From: Eledone cirrhosa
Taxonomy: Eukaryota
Assembly: GCA_964016885.1 (NCBI GenBank)
Contig: OZ024740.1
Span: 316,386,001-316,450,000, forward strand
Length of the DNA: 64,000 nucleotides
Direction of reading: 5' to 3'
Shown: piece after piece, positions 1-12,200 of the stretch
How positions within the stretch are numbered: the first letter of the stretch is position 1
Layout: the number at the start of each line of letters is the position of its first letter
Notes under the pieces: generated by a model
The model's input: only the letters and a program-made list of their open reading frames with translations
Told to the model about the DNA's origin: nothing
Databases searched by the model: none
Made by a program: the position numbers and the translations under genes

Positions 1-905
1 CTAATCTTTTGGAAACTTGAATGTTTGGGCAATGTCAGACGTTCTCCAGTGAGGTGAATGAAAATCTAATACAGTGGAGGGCTCTGGGTTTGTCAGTTGC
101 TGGCACAGAGTGGGATAGATTGAAGCAGAGAGTCTGGAAGACAGTTTCAACTCTCTTTTTGATCAATCTGATCAATACTCAAGATGCTACTTACTTTCTG
201 TGAGTGCTAAATTCTCGGAATTTGGTTGATGCTTTGCCCATGGCCAACATTGGTAGTTTAGTCTGTCTGGGTGAGCTCAGTATCTGTATTGCACACAGTT
301 GGAGCCAAAGTCTATGAAGGATTTATATATCGGTCTAACAAGCACCTTGATTCACTGTCTTTATGAGCTGTCTTGGCATCTGAATAAAAGTCACTTTGCT
401 TGTCATCCCAAGCTGAACCTAATTATCAAGCAAGACCTGGCTCAAATTAATATCCCTTCAATTCTGTAGCCAACCAAATTGTCAAGTGTTGATAGGAAGA
501 AGCTAAATGGCCTACATTTTGCTACTGGGTAAAAGTAAGATGTCTCATTTAGGACACCACAGTTAGCTTCTTTTTTGCTCCTTCCCACATCCTGGATGCT
601 ACATTGAAGGTGAAAATCACTGCATCCATAGCTAGACAGAATAAAATTCTAAAATAGCAGGAATTATTGACAAACAAATTTTTCAGTCTATGTCATTAAA
701 GGCATTTGGGGGAGCTAGGTTGCTGACACTGATATTGTTGGTGGCTCCCTTTACTGATGTATAAGGTGATGCATTCGAGGGTGCTTTGCTATTCCAGCAT
801 CTTAGCTTCATTATCTCTTCCAGCATTGCTGCAAATGTGTTGGCTTGCCTCAAAAATTATTAAAGGGACATTTTAGAGTACCTATTCTATGAAGACTAAA
901 TACAC

Positions 906-1121
906 ACAATTATTAACAAAGGCGGTGAATTGGCAGTATCGGTAGAGGGTTGGACGCCATGCTTTGATGCATAGAGTTACGGCCCTTGCCATTCTGAGTT
1001 CAAATCCTGCCTAGGTTAACTTTGCCTTTCATCCTTACGGGGTCGATAAAATAAAGTACCAGTAATGCACTGGGATAATTGCTGGCCTTGTGCCAAAAGT
1101 AGAAACAATTATTAACAAAGG
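906..1121 (+). mobile_element. tRNA-derived SINE (family A) with 17-bp flanking direct repeat
   Basis: A-box-like TGGCAGTATCGG, B-box GAGTTCAAATCC, central GCCTTTCATCC..GGGGTCGATAAAAT; ACAATTATTAACAAAGG at 906-922 and 1105-1121. Related copies at ~1960-2170, 11490-11660, 13275-13430, 21056-21115 and 26703-26733(-). Confidence 0.85.
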
Positions 1122-1225
1122 GTTCACTAAAGTTTATAATTTGAGAATTTTGTCATTGAAAAAAGGTTATTTTTTAGAATCCAAACGTCTTGTGATTTAT
1201 CAGAAAATTTATATTTTCCTTACAG

Positions 1226-1296
1226 AGGCAGAAGACATAGAACTATTCGTCACACAACCCGAAGAGAAGTAATAAAAGCAGTAGATGAGCCCAAAG
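1226..1296 (+). CDS. DCAF11: DCAF11 candidate exon (GRRHRTIRHTTRREVIKAVDEPK)
   Basis: ttttccttacag acceptor, AAG|gtaata donor, open frame, phase fits next exon; lies in the poorly conserved N-terminal region. Confidence 0.6.
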
Positions 1297-4200
1297 GTAA
1301 TAATTTAATTATATTGGTTTTAATTTAACCCAAACATAGTGATTTATTTGTAATAGGATTTTTAACACAAAGTTTTGTGTGTGTGTGTGTGGAGGGTGAG
1401 CCAGATAAAGTTCTTTTGAGGCCCTAAGTACTTAGATTATGGTGTGTCTCCTTACCATATATAAATTTTGCAAAAAAAAAAATTGTGTGTGTAGGGGAGG
1501 GGGTAATGACAAATACGTTTAATTTGAATAAAATTGAGCCCCCTTTTTCCTTGGAGCCCTAAACATATATTCATTTTGCTTAATGGTTAATCCAACCCTG
1601 GTGTGGGGTCTATTATTCAATATATTTACTCTAGAATTCAACTAGTATTTATTTTATTGATCCTAAAAGTGAACCATGCTAGGATTTGAACTCAGAATGT
1701 TGACAGTGGTATAGACTTTATTTGGTCTGGCTACATTTAGAAATAACTTGAATGATTTCATTTGAAAACTAATCAGTTGTGTTTATTCTTCTACATGGGC
1801 TGTGGATTGGCAGTATTGGTAGAGGGTGGGGGTGGATTGGCAGTATTGTAGGGGGAGGATTGGCAGTATTGGTAAGGGGTGGTGAATTGGTTGTATTGGT
1901 AAGGGGGTGGATTGGCAGTATTGGTAAGAGGGTTGGATTGGCAGTATTGATAAGGGTGGAGGATCGGCAGTATCGGTAAGGCATTGGACAATGTGCTTTG
2001 TGGCATAGAGTTACGGCCTTTTATGTTCAAATCCCATCAAGGTTAGCTTTGCCTTTCATCCTCACAGGGTCAATAAAATAAAGCACCAATAATACACTTG
2101 AGTTGATTTAATCCCCCCCCCCCCCCCCACACACAATTGTTGGCTTTGTGCCTAAATCAGAAATCATTATTCTACATATATTTACAAGGGTGTAACTCAC
2201 AAGGTGTGCCACTAATACAGATCTATGTTATTTTTAATTTGGCATTCCCTTCTCATGCTCTATGTACACAACTCTTTCACTTGGTGCTCCCCCTCTCTCT
2301 ATATAAATGAGAGTGACATCATAACTTTCTATCTACCTCTTTCTGTCACCTCGAAAACACACGGCATTCCCTTTTCTCTCTCTATCTATTTACATATCTC
2401 TCGCTTGGCACCCCACCTCTCTATATAAAGTGAGCATAACGGACAGACAGACAGCACTCTTATAATGTGGATTGGAGTAAAGACTTTTAATTTTCAATGT
2501 AATACAGTCATAGTGCTGTGTTGTATTTTTCAAGAATATTCTACTAATGCAGTTTCATGTGGTGCAGGACGTTGAGAGTTAAAGAAAAAGTAGTTTCTTC
2601 TGCTGTGGTGAAGACAGCTTCTGCTGATGACAGCTTATTTGTGGTAACTGCAAAAATGAACTAAAATTACCATGTTATGGTTGAAGTGCCAGATTCTAGA
2701 AAGATATGAGTGTGATGGGGAATATATAATAAATCTTTAAAACCTAATACAGGCATGAGAAACGTTTTTCTAGCAGTAGCCATTATGAGATTTTGCTGAC
2801 CACTTTATTAAAGTAATAATTCAACAATATGTATATCATCATCATCATCATCATCAACGTTTAACGTCCGTGTTCCACGCTTGCATGGGTTTGGACGGGG
2901 GTAGTCCCACTTGAGGCAAGAGTGATTGTCTTGCTCGCATAGGACTGTCTGGCAGGTTTTCTACAGTTGGATGCCCTTCCTAACACCAACCACATTTACA
3001 GTGTGGGTCTGGGAGATTTTACATGTGGCCGGTGTTCTGGTGTAATAAGTAGCAGCAAGTGCCCACAAAATACTAGCTCTTTCAATTGCGCAGAGGGTTC
3101 TATAGAAATAGTGGACAGCTTCCGTTACCTGGGCGATAAAATCAGCAGTGGGGGAGGGTGCTCTGAAAGTACAGTAGCTAGAGTCAGAACTGGTTGGAAA
3201 AAGTTCAGAGAGCTTATACCACTATTAGCTGCTAAAGGGTTCTCCCTAAAAATGAAAGGCAGGTTGTACGATGCCTGCATACGAACAGCAATGTTGCATG
3301 GCAGTGAGACCTGGGCATTGTGTGCAGAGGATATACGCAGACTAGAGAGGAACGAAGCTTGCATGCTCCGCTGGATGTGTAACAGTAATATACGTGAACG
3401 GCAAAGCATAAACGAACTAAGGAAAAAATTAGAGATAAGAGGGATCAGATGTTGTTTACTCGAGAGAAGGCTACATTGGTATGGACACGTGATGCGCATG
3501 AAAGTCGATAGCTGTATAACAAAGTGCAGGGCAATAAAGATAGACGGTAGCCATGGAATAGGCAGACCTAGAAAAACCTGGGACGAGCTGATAAACTCCG
3601 ACCTCACACACTTACACCTCTCCAAGACAATGTCACTGGACCGAGACCTTTGGCGGTACTCAGTAACAGAGAAGACCCGCCTTGCCAGTAGGCATCTCTA
3701 ACAAAATACACCCCGTCCCGCCACCACCCCCACCCCATCCACACCACCCCGTTCTATGTAAAGTTATGTTGGTGCCGCGCCATCCAGGCCGAAACAAATG
3801 AGATCGTGTGGGTGTCACGACAAAAAAACACACAGTCCACGCTGATATTTGTATAAAGTTCATGTTTGATATTTTTGTATTATATCATCATCATCATCAT
3901 CATCATCATTTCATTTTACATCCGCTTTTTTCCCTGCTTGCAAGGGTGGGACGGGAACTGATTCTGGCTTGATTTCTACAGCTGGATGCCCTTCCTAACA
4001 CCAACCTCATTTACAGTGAGTGCTGGGTGCTTTTTTTGCCGTGGCATCTCCACGACCACTTTGCAGTGGAATGATATGGACCACAGTCCCTATCATCTCA
4101 TTTCTACAGCTGAGTAAACTGGAGCAATGTGAAATAAAGTGACTTGCTCAAGGAAACAACACATCACCCGGTTTGAGAATTGAACTCACAACCTTTCGAT

Positions 4201-6240
4201 TGCAAGGCCAATGCTCTAACCACTAAGCCCCATGTGCCTCCATTATATATCATTTTTCATTTCATTTTACGTCCGCTTTTTCTCTGCTTGCAAGGGTGGG
4301 ACGGGAACTGATTCTGGCTTGATTTCTACAGCTGGATGCCCTTCCTAACACCAACCTCATTTACAGTGAGTGCTGGGTGCTTTTTTGCCATGGCACCTCC
4401 ACGACTACTTTACAGTGGAATGATAGGGACTGGAGTCCCTATCATCTCATTTCTACAGCTGAGTAAACTGGAGCAATGTGAAATAAAGTGTCTTGCTCAA
4501 GGAAACAACACATCACCCGGTCTGAGTATTGAACTCACAAACTTTCGATTGCAAGGCCAATGCTCTAACCACTAAGCCAATGCTCTAACCACTATATCAT
4601 CATCATCATCATCATCGTTTAATGCCCATCTTCCATGCTAGCATGGGTTTACATGTGTATGTTTACATATATACACACATATATGTATGTATACATATGT
4701 ATATATATATATGTATGTGTATGTATGCATATGTATGTGTGTATGCATATATATGTGTGTGTGTATGCATACATATAAATGTATGTAGATATATAATATC
4801 TATCTATATATATATATATAAATAAATATAGATATATGTGTGTGTATGTATATATATATTTATATATAGATAGAGAGAGACCCGACTTCCCACGGGTACA
4901 ACCTGAAGCTGAAGCATATAGATGGTATGCTCCCACCCCCTCCCACTGTAAAGTGGTCGTGTAGGTCTCATGACAAAAAAGCATCCAGTCCACACTATAA
5001 AGTGGTTGTGTAGGCACCATGGTAAAAAAGCACCCAGTACTCACTGTAAATGAGGTTGGTGTTAGGAAGGGCATCCAGCTGTAGAAATCAAGCTAGAATC
5101 AGTTCTATATGTGCACGACATGGTCACCTGAGCTGGCATTGCCCACAACAGGACAACCCATCTAACCCATGCTAGCTTGGAAGAATGGATGTAAAACGGT
5201 GATGGTGATGATATATCTATCTATCTATCTATCTAAGCAGAGACCGAGGAAAATGGGCGACTGGCACATCGAATCTGCTCAGGCGCTCACAACCCTCTGG
5301 CAGGCGGACCCGGCGATCAGTGGAGACTCCACTTCGTCATTCTATAGAGGGTTGGTCCGCAGCAAGTGCGACGACGCGCTCGGTGAAACTCTAGGCGTGG
5401 AGGAAGATGAACTGGCCAGTCTGTTCGGTAGGACCTTCCGCCCGGGACCGATGGACAACTTCCAAAAGTCCCTGGCCTGGCAGTGCTACCGAGGAGCTCT
5501 ACCAGTTCGAGACAAGCTCTACAGACATGGGCGCCCGGGCAGGGACCCTGCAAAAAAGATCTGTCCGAGGTGCGTGCGAGACGAAGAAACCGTCGCGCAC
5601 GCATTCATACACTGCCCGGGCGTCACGGACCTGTGGGGCTATGTAGAACGACTATTGTCGCGGGTGGGACCAATCCAGTTGACCACCGAGTCCATTGTCA
5701 TGATCAAACCGCCACCCTCCTTCAAAAACGAAGGAGAGGCGGTTTTCCTTTGTGTGATAGCTATGGTGAAAGAGGTTGTATGGTGGACAAGGTTGAAAGG
5801 GCTGAGGTCAGTCACCTTTCTCTCCAGCCAACAACTGATTCTTTTTTTCAAATACCACTTTGGAAGAAGAATCAGGATGGAGAGAGAGGTGCTGTACCCC
5901 AGCAAGTTTTATGAAAGGTGGGTGAAAGTGGCGAGAATGGCCCGAGTGAATGGGCCTTCTCTCTATATCAGCCTGTAGGTTGAGGAAAAGGAGGAGGAGA
6001 GGAAAGGAGTACAAGCTCTTCGTACTCCTGGAGATGAGGGTTGCACATTTTTTTCGGGGGTATGTGTTACCCATATAAACTGTCTCCCTCTATTGGGGAA
6101 AATCGACTAACTTTTAAATTCCATCTGTGATAACATTTTACACGTTTTTATTGTATGTAAACTTCCCCCTTTGTATTTGTCCCCTTCTTTTGTGCCCCTG
6201 TGGCTAATAAAGAAATATATCTATCTATCTATCTATATAT

Positions 6241-6290
<50 letters not shown>

Positions 6291-9200
6291 TGTATGTATA
6301 CATATATATGTATATATTATATGTATGTATTTCAATTTTTGTTGTTTTTTCATTGTAGATGACCAAGGTTCAAAATCAACAGTTGTTCATGTAAGCATGA
6401 TTGATGTTTGGGGAATATCATGAAGGTAACACCCATGTAACTTTCAGGAGATTAAGGAGAATATATATATGTATATATGTATGTGTGTGTGTGTGTGCAC
6501 GTGTAAGGACATGGAAATACTCAATTTTGTCTGAGCATGCAGTTAACCCACCATGAGTGAGAGACTTCGTCTGGTTCTTGTTAGAACATCATTATGCGAT
6601 GTTGTTATATTTGGGGAGGGTCATATTGTCCTAATTTTGCCAAAAAATAGTAAAACACACAAATAATTTTGTGACCCTCCCCAAATATAACATCTGTTTC
6701 AACACACAATTTCCTTACAAAACAAATACATCGCCATTATAGGGTATTAAGAGTTAAAGTTAGTAATATGCATTTTCAATCAATTCATTATCTGCTAATA
6801 CAAATTGTTTCTGTTAACTGTTGTTTACCCCTTTAGCATTTAAACCAGCCATATCCGGCCAGAATTCTCTCACCTCTTTCTGTTCAAACTGGCTGTAACT
6901 AGCTACTCATACTAATGTTAAGGTATTGTTTTAAAGTAAATAATATCAAAATCTCATAGATTCGATATTATGTGAGGTAAAGCCTTTTCTGTGAAAATAC
7001 AATAGTAAATTTAGAGTAATGTAAATGCTAATGGGTTAAGTCATTACTAATGAATTGAAAGAAACTGTTACTTATTGATACTGTCAATCTATTACAGGAC
7101 ACTCATCTTGGTCAACAGATTCTATTGGCTTCTGGTCGAATCCACAAAACCAAGAGTTACTGTGGCCCTACTGTTTCTCATATGTTACAAAAGGTAAATT
7201 CTTATTAACATTATACTGTCATCCTCTAGTGCAGTGGTTCTGAATATATTTTGTTGGTGACCCTTTATTACAATTTTCAAAAATCCATGGAACCCACACC
7301 TATATCTTATGGAAACCCCTTCTTCTTCACCCACTTATTCCTGAGCAGATCGTGGGGTCAGAGTCCTCAAACACTCCTTTCAGTGGGTCCTGTCAGAAGC
7401 AACTGTCTCTAATTGATCCAGCTGGATCCCCAAGCAAGACCAACCAAGCCCATGGATGTTATCCAACCACCTAGATCTGGGTTTCATGCTGGTTGGTTGT
7501 TCATGCTGTTTTATCAATTTCAAGTAGATTTTACAACTATTTGTTACATATTTGTTTTATTTATTCCAGAGAGAAGTTGGCATGGGAGGTAAGCAATGTT
7601 TTTCGAATGGAGACCAATGTGCAATAGGGACCCTGTAAGTTGTTTAATATGCTTCTCTTTTGATATTAACATTTTTTATTATTCTTTCTTTAACTAACAG
7701 ATTGCGGCCTTGCTTGGCTGCTACCCAAATCAATTATTTCGTTCCCAGTACTTTGGTACTTCTTTCGTCATTACCTTAATCCTTTCAGGACTGTATTTCT
7801 AATGAAATACACTCTATCTTAATTAATTAATTAATTAAGGATTTTGAGGGATTTGCTAAAATTATTATTTCATTACTAAGATAGTAACTTAATGTAAGGT
7901 TCTTATATAAAATTCTGTTGGAATATTTTAATTTAAATTGGAAACCTTTAAAATGGGTGACTTTATTTCATAGAACCAGAGCCGGTTTTGACAAAATATG
8001 AAAATGCAAAGTCAGCATTGGTGTTAGGGGAGGCAACTCAATCAGTTAATTCGGTCTGATATGAAATACCACAATGTATTGCTATTTGAATGTATCGTTT
8101 GTCATTCCAACCTTATATAAACATACATGTATACAGTCGAAACACTGGTAAAATTAAACCTTTTTAATCTCGGAAGGTTTCATAGAAATAGGTGATAATT
8201 TCTGTTACCTTGGTAACCTAGTTAATAGTGCTAAGAGGACACTCCGAAAGTATAATAACCAGAATAAAAACTATAGAAAATGTTCTGGGAGTTACTATAT
8301 CTGCTGGGAACAAAGGGATTCTCTCTCTGAATGAAGGGTAGATTATATGATACTTAAATGCATAGTGTAATGATGCATGGTAGCAAGATATGGGCAGTGA
8401 TATATCCACACTAGCATGTGTTAGACAAGTTGTTCCATTGTGAGAAAAGTCAGGACAGATAACCATGTCTTCCTCTTACAGAACTGTTTCTAGCTTGGTT
8501 CCTACAGTTGGATGCCCTTCCTAATACCAACCACATTTACAGCTTGGACTTGGCAGAAGTTAGGAAATCTGATCTTAGGACTCTGAGCCTCACAAAGTAG
8601 ATTTCAAAGCAATGAAATTTTCTGTTAAAGTTTCTCATTTCTTTGCTTCTCTTTGTAATTCTCTACTTTAAATTAATGACATTATTTTTTATATCTTCAG
8701 ATATATCCCCAATATGATGTCAACAGTTGCTTACTGCAAAGACAAAGCTTTCTGTGGAATTTATTCTAAAGAAGGTGACATCTTCTTAACTGCAGGTCGA
8801 GGTAGATATAAACCTATTCCTTCATTATTTATCTTTTTTTACTAGTTTTGAAATTATGTGAGATAATTATGAGGTAAAGCTTTTACCATGAAAATATAAT
8901 AGAAAGTATAGAGTAATGTAAGTGCTAAAGGGTTAAGACATTTTCTGCCAAATCATTGCAGGATGTTAAGAATTAATTCAGTAATTTCTTATTGATCTTT
9001 GGTAAACTTTTTTTAGTCTTTTAAAACCATTTAGAATCTTTCCATTTTGGTTTAGACTTCACTAAAAGTAATCCATGTCTTGGATAATTTCTTTATTTCT
9101 CAGATGTATACATACGGCTGTATGACACATCCTGTGATGAATTCCGACATATTAAATCAATTCGGGCCCAAGGGTTTTTCTGGAGTATTTTAGATGCTGC

Positions 9201-12200
9201 TTTTAGGTAAGTTTTCTGTTTTTGAAAAATTCTAAATCCTCTTGCAATTAAGGAAAATAATTCTCAATTATGTGATTGTTAATTATTTATGTAAAGCTGC
9301 TTGGCCTAATAGTTAGGATGCTCTGCTTCATGTCGGTTCAATTCCTGGACAGGCTGCTATGTTGAGTTCTTAAACAAAACATTTCATTTCACGTTGCAAC
9401 TGTTCACTCTGCTGAGAGTTAGTACCAGCAGTAGCTGGGGAGTTGAACATACAATAGACTGGCGTCCTGTCCAGGGAGAGTCTTGTACTTTTAGTTGGAG
9501 GACTGGGGATAAGCACCAGCCTGATGAGCCTTTGGCTAAGAACAGACTTTAACTTAACTAACAAATATTTGTATACTAATGGACCAATGCCATCAATAAT
9601 GATAACAATAACATTGAATGTATATGATTACCGGTATCCAGGATTAATATGCCATATATATCAGGATTACTGGGCATATGAACAATCTTTCAAACTGGGA
9701 AATTTGAGTTTTGATAAATTAATGGGGGGGTCCTCCAAAGGGTCTTTGGAATAACATTACTTCATAAAGTACATAGCTCGGAGATCAGAGAGTCACTCCA
9801 GGTAGAACCGCTACTTCTCCGAATTGAGAGAGAAAAGCTCTAATACTATCGGCATGTGGTTAGAATGTCTCAGGAAAGAATTGCTGGACAGATTTATGGG
9901 CAAAACCAACCAGTGCAAGATGGTTAGATAACACTCATGAACTTGGTTGGTCTCGCTTGGAGATTCAGTTGAATCAGTTGGAGGCAGTGTCTTCTGACAG
10001 GACCCGCTGGAAGGAGTGTTTGAGGATTCTGCTCCTACGACCCTCTCAGGAATAAGTGAGTGAAGAAGAAGGAATATACACGACATAGGTGTGTAATGTT
10101 TTCATATCTTTCAATCACTCATCATCATCATTGTTTAATGTCTATTTTCCACGGTAGTGTAAAAAGATATTAATATATTATACATTTGCATTACAATTTT
10201 TTATAGTTTTTTTTGTAAGTTGTGTCATTTGGTGAAATCAAATTTGAATATTTTGTTGCAATATTTTTTCAATTTTCTTTTTTTAGTCCTGATGGAAATT
10301 ACGTGATATATTCCAGTTGGTCTGATTGTAGTAAGTTTTACAAGTGTTATTATTCTAAACCTGATTAATTTATTGGTGAGAAAGGATATTGAGTATGATA
10401 TCGATGAGTGACATGACAAAGAGCATGCAGTCCACCTGTAAAGTGGTTGTTTTGGTCACACAATGAAGAAGTACCCAGTCCCCACTGTGTTGTGTTCGTG
10501 TCATGATAAAAAGTACCCAGTCCACACTGTAAAGTGGTCGCATTAGTGTCATGATTAAAAGTACCCAGTCCACACTGTAAAGTGGTCGCATTAGTGTCAT
10601 GACAAAAAGTACCCAGTCCACAATGTAAAGTGGTCATGATGGTGTTATGATAAAAAGTACCCAATCCACACTGTAAAGTGGTCGTGTTGGTGTCATGACA
10701 AAAAGTACCCAGTCCACAATGTAAAGTGGTCGCATTGGTGTCATGACAAAAAGTACCCAGTCTACAATGTAAAGTGGTCATGATGGTGTCATGATAAAAA
10801 GTACCCAATCCACACTGTAAAGTGGTCGTGTTGGTGTCATGACAAAAAGTACCCAGTCCACACTGTAAAGTGATTGTGTCATTCTTTTTACATAAAAAAA
10901 TATGAAGGATTATATCACTTATATTGCCAACCTGTCATTCCATATTTATCTGGATCATCATCATAATTTCTCTATTTTCCATGCTTGCATGGGTTAGATG
11001 AGTTATCACATGAGGCTAGACAGGTCATATGATTTATTTTTGGCTTGGTTTTCTATGGCTGGATGCTCTTCCTAATGCTAATGACATCACAGCATTTTGT
11101 GGTACCACCACTACCACCTTACAGGATGGACTGGGTGATTTTTGTCATAGCACCAGTATGACTACATTACAAAGTGGACTGGGTGCTTTTTGTCATAGCA
11201 CCAGTATGGCTACATTACAAAGTGGACTGGGTGTTTTTTGTCATGACACCAATATAATCACATTACAGGGTGGACTGGGTGTCTTTTTGTCGTGACACCA
11301 GCATGACTACCTTACAGGATAGACTGGATGTTTTGTTGTGGTTCCAGTACAACCATCTTAATAAAATATTTTATAAATGTTTTTCTGTGCCTGTAACAGT
11401 GCATTTGACAAGATGTTGACAGAATTTGTAGATTAGAGGGTATATTTAAATGAAACATCCCTAGTGTATTACTGGTAATTATCAATCCTGGAAGAATGTT
11501 CTGGCTCTTTACTTTCTGAGTTCAAATTCCACCAACGTCAGCTTTGCATTCCATCCTTCTTGGGTTGATAAAATAAAGTACCAGTTAAGTACTGGAGATG
11601 ATTTAAGCAACTTTGCTCTTCCCCTAAAATTTCTGGCCTGATGCCTAAATTAGAAATCATTTATTTAATAGTGATCTGTGAATTATCTTGCAGTCCATTT
11701 GTGCAATATCCGAGGTGATTGTGATATCCATGAAGCCCTGCCTTTGTTTCCTGGGAGAAGTACTTTCTGCATTTTTTCATTGACATTCTCTTCTGACAAC
11801 AAGGAAATTCTAGGAGGGTAAGCTTCTTAAGTTTATACTTCAAGTTAACTTCTGAAATTCACTGCAATCAGTTCACGTCAGCTTTTAAGTCTTTAATCTA
11901 GAAAATGTCTTCATTGTGGAACATTTGACTATGTAATAGGCATTTTATCTGAAAGTATATCTTAGTTTGTCATTCTTACTTTATTCTATAATAATGAAAT
12001 GAAAATTGTGTACAGTGCTTAGGTGCACTACAACTCATCAAAGGTGCATGTATAGTACATAGAATAATCTACAAATGTTAGGAAAGTGAACAGTGTATGA
12101 GTCATGATATACACACATGCATGCATGTGTATGGAGGGGGAATATCAGGTGTAGTGTTGGTGAATGGGAGCTGTACTGTTTTCTGATTTTGTAAGCATGT

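Noticed and set aside
1-880. Possible ancient LINE remnants or an upstream DCAF11 exon
   Set aside because: Only vague motif similarity with many stops; no supportable exon or element boundaries.
1769-2030. Pro/Thr- and Gly-rich ORFs
   Set aside because: Translations of the SINE-head tandem repeat.
10365-11295. Cys/His-rich 16-aa repeat proteins
   Set aside because: Translations of the intronic 48-bp minisatellite.
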